From the NCBI RefSeq assembly GCF_009914755.1, contig NC_060925.1: DNA of 64,000 nt; one strand, written 5' to 3'. The notes below the pieces were generated by a model that made no database searches, was not told where the DNA came from, and was given only the letters and a program-made list of their open reading frames with translations. The stretch comes from the human T2T-CHM13v2.0 reference genome, Homo sapiens. Within the stretch, counting starts at the first letter, position 1. Every line of letters starts with the position of its first letter. Below, one piece after another: positions 59,374 through 64,000 of this stretch. Made by a program: the position numbers and the translations under genes.

Positions 59374-60417
59374 AAAAGTAATTGTGACTCAATCTGGTTG
59401 TCTTGCTTTGTCTAGTGAAAGAACTAGTGTGTGCCTGTTGTGTTGTCTAAACACCATCTAGAAACAAACCATCAATTCGAGTATTGAGATAGAAGAGAAA
59501 ATGGTTCCCTTTTCTGCAGTCTCATCTGTGTTTGATCTTTCATAGTAAACTCATAGAGAGAGGAAGTTTGTCACTCTAAACCCATTAGTTCATGCTTCTG
59601 TGCAGCCTGGCTAGTCCCAGAGCTATCACCCCAACCCACATTATATTTAATTGATGAGTAAGAATAGAAGGTATTATAGAATCAGAGAGATGAAAAGAGC
59701 CACCTAACAGCCTTACCAACTTTGGCAAATTTGTCAGCAACTCTGGGCCTCTGTTTCTTTAAAATGAAGATGACAATCCCTGCTCTATAGCGTTTTGTCT
59801 GTGTGTTTTAGTGCCCTTGTTGTAGTTAAGTGAATAGACACGTGAAAAGGTACTTTGCTTAGTGTTTCTTCTGTAATTGGCAGAGTAAATGGCAGGCAGG
59901 CTTAACAATATTTCCAAGCCTGTTCTGTTTTTGGTTTCTTGGCAATCTTGTAATGAACTTTTAACCTCCAGACTATAACCTGGGCTCATATTTCTCCATC
60001 TTGATACTAAATGTATAAAACCTCCAGACCCTTATCTCATAAATTGATCAGGACATCAGTAATTCCTGAGAATATTCTATAACTCTATATGTTAACCTTT
60101 TGGTTACGGGACTGACAGAAGTTATTATAGGGAAAAAGTTCATTTTAAGCTTTACTGAAGTCCACCAATGAAAATTCAAAGTAAAAGAGAACAGTGGCTA
60201 GTTGAATGACCCACTCCCTAACATGATAATGCAGTATTGATAACTACAGTATTCTGAGCATCTACCAGACACTGTTCTCTTTTGATTTATTTAATCTCAT
60301 ATTTAATCCTAGGATGTAGGTTTTTAAAAGAATATAACTCCATTTTAAAGGGAAGTGAGCAGACTCAGAATGCTTAAATTACTTGTCCAAGACCACTCAG
60401 CTTGTAAGTGAAGGGTC

Positions 60418-60761
60418 CAGGACTTCATTGTCCATTATATTAGCCACTAGCCACATGTGGCCATTGAGCAATCAAAACATGGCTAATGTGAATTGAGATA
60501 TGCCAGATGTGTAAAATATACACCAGATTTTGAAGACTTAGTACAAAAAAAGAGTGTAAAATGTAAAATGTCTTATTAATGATTTTTATATTGATTACAT
60601 GTCTAAATAATACTATTTTGAATATATGGGATTAAATAAAGTATATTATTAATTTTACCTGTTTTTTTTCACTTATTTAATACAGTTACCAGAAAATTTA
60701 AAATTACTTATGTGGCTCACATTTGTGTCTTGTGTTCTTGTGTTTCTAGTAGACAGCTCTG
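60418..60761. mobile_element. MER33-like hAT-Charlie
   Basis: tagccactagccacatgtggc...cagattttgaagacttagtac...ttatgtggctcacatt...gacagctctg. Confidence 0.8.
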
Positions 60762-62701
60762 GCAAATAATTTGAAAGCAGCTCTGTTTACAAACCATGGT
60801 TACATGATTCCCATAAGCTATAATATTACCAGCCTTTGTTTTTGTAATTTACATATGATTGAACAATATTAGGTCATATCTTATGAAAGTGCAGTTTTTG
60901 TAGGTCAGAATTTGTTGAATATTCACATTCTGTAGAGTTCAACATAAAAGGTGATGCTGACTGAAAAATGTGGTAATGAAAATACAAATATTACCTAAGC
61001 CCCACTGGCAAAGCCCTTGATGAAACTGATGGTTACGTACAAGCAAAGCACCACTAAGTGGAACAGCACAACCTACTCCTAAGCAAGTTGGGCTATTGTA
61101 TGAAATGATTTCTGCCCTTAGAAATCTTCATTAATGTACCTGTGACAACATTTTCTACCATTTTTAGGGGAGAATAAAAAGAAGAAGCCAAAAACTCACT
61201 GTTCCTTGCAGTCACTAGCCTTGAGATGGCATTACTTTTCTATCTGGGAATAAGCTGAGCTGTGCTCCTTTTGCTAATAAGCCTTAGACTATGGTTGGAC
61301 CTATGCTTTGTCTTCCTGAAACACATATAACGTGTGTGGGAGGAGGACTGCTTTTTTAAAAAAAAAAAGAAGCAAAATTTCAAATACAAAATTAGATTGA
61401 AAGTCTTAGGGCCCGTAAAAGCGAAAGACCAGGACTTCAAGCGCATCATGGCAAACCTGTCTCTGAACGTTAGCTAATACATGCCTTTGTTTCTATCAAA
61501 GTCTATTACCTTGTAATTCTAGCAAAAACTAGATTGCATCTCTTTTTGCTAATCTACTAAATCATCACTCTATTCTCTAGTCCTTCCCTTGTCTCTGCAA
61601 CCGCATCCTCTGTACTGAACAAAGAAAACTAGGACCCTGATTTTACTAACATTCCAGGTCAGGTCAGAGATAGTAGAGGAAATGTTATTTTTGTGCCTCT
61701 TTTGGAGCATAATAACTAGATCTGATGAGATTCGAGAAATAATTAATGTAAATATGAGGTAATTGTATCAATATATATGAATAATTTTACTCAACGTTGC
61801 AAAGGTAATGCTTTTTAATTGCCTTTTTTAAATGAAAGAGTTGCTTCAGGTTTTTCCCTGATTGAGTCTTTATTTCCCTGAAATACTTTGTAGCTAGTTT
61901 CTTTATTTCAGCACGTAATGGTCATTTGGAGAAGAGATGAGTGTGTTCCTGTAATTGGGCAGAGACCTTGTAAAGGGAACAGAATGTACTGAGAGAGACT
62001 TTGTGCTGTGTGATCAGAACTAGGAAAATCATTCAGCCTAAGAGAACAGACATAATTAAACAGAAAAGCAAAAAATTAGTGGTAAGAGGCCCAATATAAT
62101 CTCTTAGGCTTTCCCTCCAACATGGGATTTTCTCTCCTATAGATGCCAACCCAACTGAAAGAACACACATGTGTTCCCCAGGTGACATCACCGAGGTCTG
62201 GCCAGCCCTGGAGTTGGAAACCCTCTCCTCAGGCCCAAATCTCAATTCTGAAAATCCCGAATCTCAGGCTGTTGGGAGCAAACAAGCTAAGAAGTTATGT
62301 AATTCAATACTGCTCTAAAAGCGATGTGAAGTCATGCAGTTTGGCTTGTCCTCAAGCATGGGCGTAACACTAATTTCTTCATTTGAACCAAAATTAAACT
62401 CTACCGAAAACTGGGAGAATGTTAAATCAAGTGGCAGTTGTTCATTTAGTAAAGTATCAAATTTCACATCACCACGTGTGCACATCTTCCCCTTGCCCAT
62501 AACCTGGCCCTCCAAGAAATCACTGACTCCATTCAAATTTCTGAAAGGTGAAATTTAGGCAGAAACTGGTGGGAGAGGCACCAAGGAGCCCCAAGGAAGT
62601 CCAGCAACCCCCTTAATATTACCCCTTTGTTACAAGCTCTGAGAGTTATCCATGAGGAATTATTCTTGTAGGATTTTTTCCACAAGCATATACATACATT
62701 C

Positions 62702-62727
62702 ATATATATATATATATATATATATAG
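62702..62727. repeat. (TA)n microsatellite
   Basis: Direct reading. Confidence 0.9.
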
Positions 62728-63265
62728 TTTTAAATATGAAAATCATCAATGGGGCAGCACAGGAAACAATTTCAACCGAAACGTGCTAGAATGGATTTTG
62801 ATTTATTTAATCTCTATCCAGGACCTGGAAAAGTGAGACCACCATTGAATACCTCAGGGCAAGATAGAAGTAGAAAGGCAGGAGGGACAAATGGAGTTGA
62901 GCCAGAAAGGGAGTTGGGAACCCTGAGCACTGACATTATGTGTGCCACACATTTAGTCGAGTTTGATGTCCTGTATATACCATTACAGCAAGTGTAGAGA
63001 GAAAAACAAAACAAATTGGTCAACTGAGCTTAACTTCAAGCAAAAGATTCAGTTGAGGAGTCTCACTGTGCCATTGTCTTTCAACAGGAGTCTTTAAAAG
63101 CCAAAGTGCTAGTTGTAGAAATGATGTGATGGGAAAACATCTCTCCTTGTTCTCAGTATCCACCCTGTTGTGCTGGGTTTTTGGGATTGTCAGACCCCAT
63201 TCCCAGGGTCCTCCCTAAAATCAGTGAGTGTTCCCAGTCCTGTGCTTCTTACATGAGGCCATTCC

Positions 63266-63625
63266 TGATATGATTTGGCCCTGTGTTCCCACCCAAATCT
63301 CATCTCGAATTGTAATCCCATAATCCCCATGTGTTGTGGGAGGGACATGATGGGAGGTAATTGAATCATGGGGGCTATTTCCCCCATGCTGTTCTCGTGA
63401 TAGTTAGAGTTCTCACAAGATCCAATGGTTTATAAGCATCTGGCATTTCCCCTGCTGGCACTCATTCTCTCTCCTGCCGCCCTGTGAAGAGGTGCCTTCC
63501 ACCATGATTGCACGTTTTCTGAGGCCTCCCCAGCCATATGGAACTGTGTCAATTAAAACTCTTTCCTTTATAAATTACCCAGTCGCGGGTATTCCTTCAT
63601 AGCAGTGTGAGAACAAACTAATACA
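63266..63625 (+). mobile_element. THE1 solo LTR (THE1C/D-like)
   Basis: tgatatgatttggccctgtg...actaataca; TSD attcc/actcc. Confidence 0.92.
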
Positions 63626-64000
63626 ACTCCTTATTTATCCTGTTTCCAGCCTCTAGTACGCAACTGAGCTTATGGCAATTTGAAAAATGTTTGCTAAATT
63701 GAAAAAGGGCATAGATGGGACTATAGCTCCAATTCTGCCACTGATACTATGGAAGTCAGTAAAATCACCTAACTTTCTCAGAGCTTTCTTTGTCAATAAG
63801 ACAAAAGCATTGGATTGGATGACCTGTAAAGTCCTGTTTTGTTTACTTGGCAAACCTAGAACCTAAAATCTAAACAAAGTCTGACATATAGAATATGTTC
63901 AGTAATTATTTGTTGAATTAATGAATAGACGCTTGCTTCCTGTTCATTGGTACAATCACAGAAAAACACATCAGGGCAACCAAAGAATCAGAAACAAAAA

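Larger units (their letters stand above)
56137..59393 (+). other. TGFB2: TGFB2 3' UTR, longest form (3' end approximate)
   Basis: AU-rich stretch with no recognisable TE from the stop codon to tandem AATAAA (59355, 59368), followed by GU/U-rich sequence. Confidence 0.85.

Overview
This is primate DNA, almost certainly human or great ape. It covers the 3' part of TGFB2 on the + strand: distal intron 1, coding exons 2-7 (numbering of the 7-exon, 414-aa isoform), a ~3.25 kb 3' UTR with eight AATAAA hexamers and many miRNA seed matches, and ~4.6 kb of downstream sequence. Exon 1, which encodes the signal peptide, lies upstream of the window. All six exons have AG acceptors, the five internal exons end at GT donors, and they join into one intact frame running through the RKKR furin site to TAA at 56134-56136. 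The introns hold about 20 Alus, L1/L2/CR1/MIR fragments, a full-length sense THE1 element, MaLR solo LTRs and DNA transposon relics. Apart from three ORFs that overlap real exons, the ORF track is repeat-derived or chance. I found no clearly new gene or system. The best unexplained leads are: (1) a 576-nt stop-free exon 3-6 unit bracketed by inverted Alus, (2) a short tailed hairpin retrocopy at 612-723, (3) an LTR-Alu junction duplication ending in a fold-back, (4) a ~100-bp duplicated non-TE module in intron 1, and (5) an in-frame-skippable exon 4 with nearby RBFOX motifs. These are hypotheses. Repeat subfamily names are by-eye matches to remembered consensus sequences.
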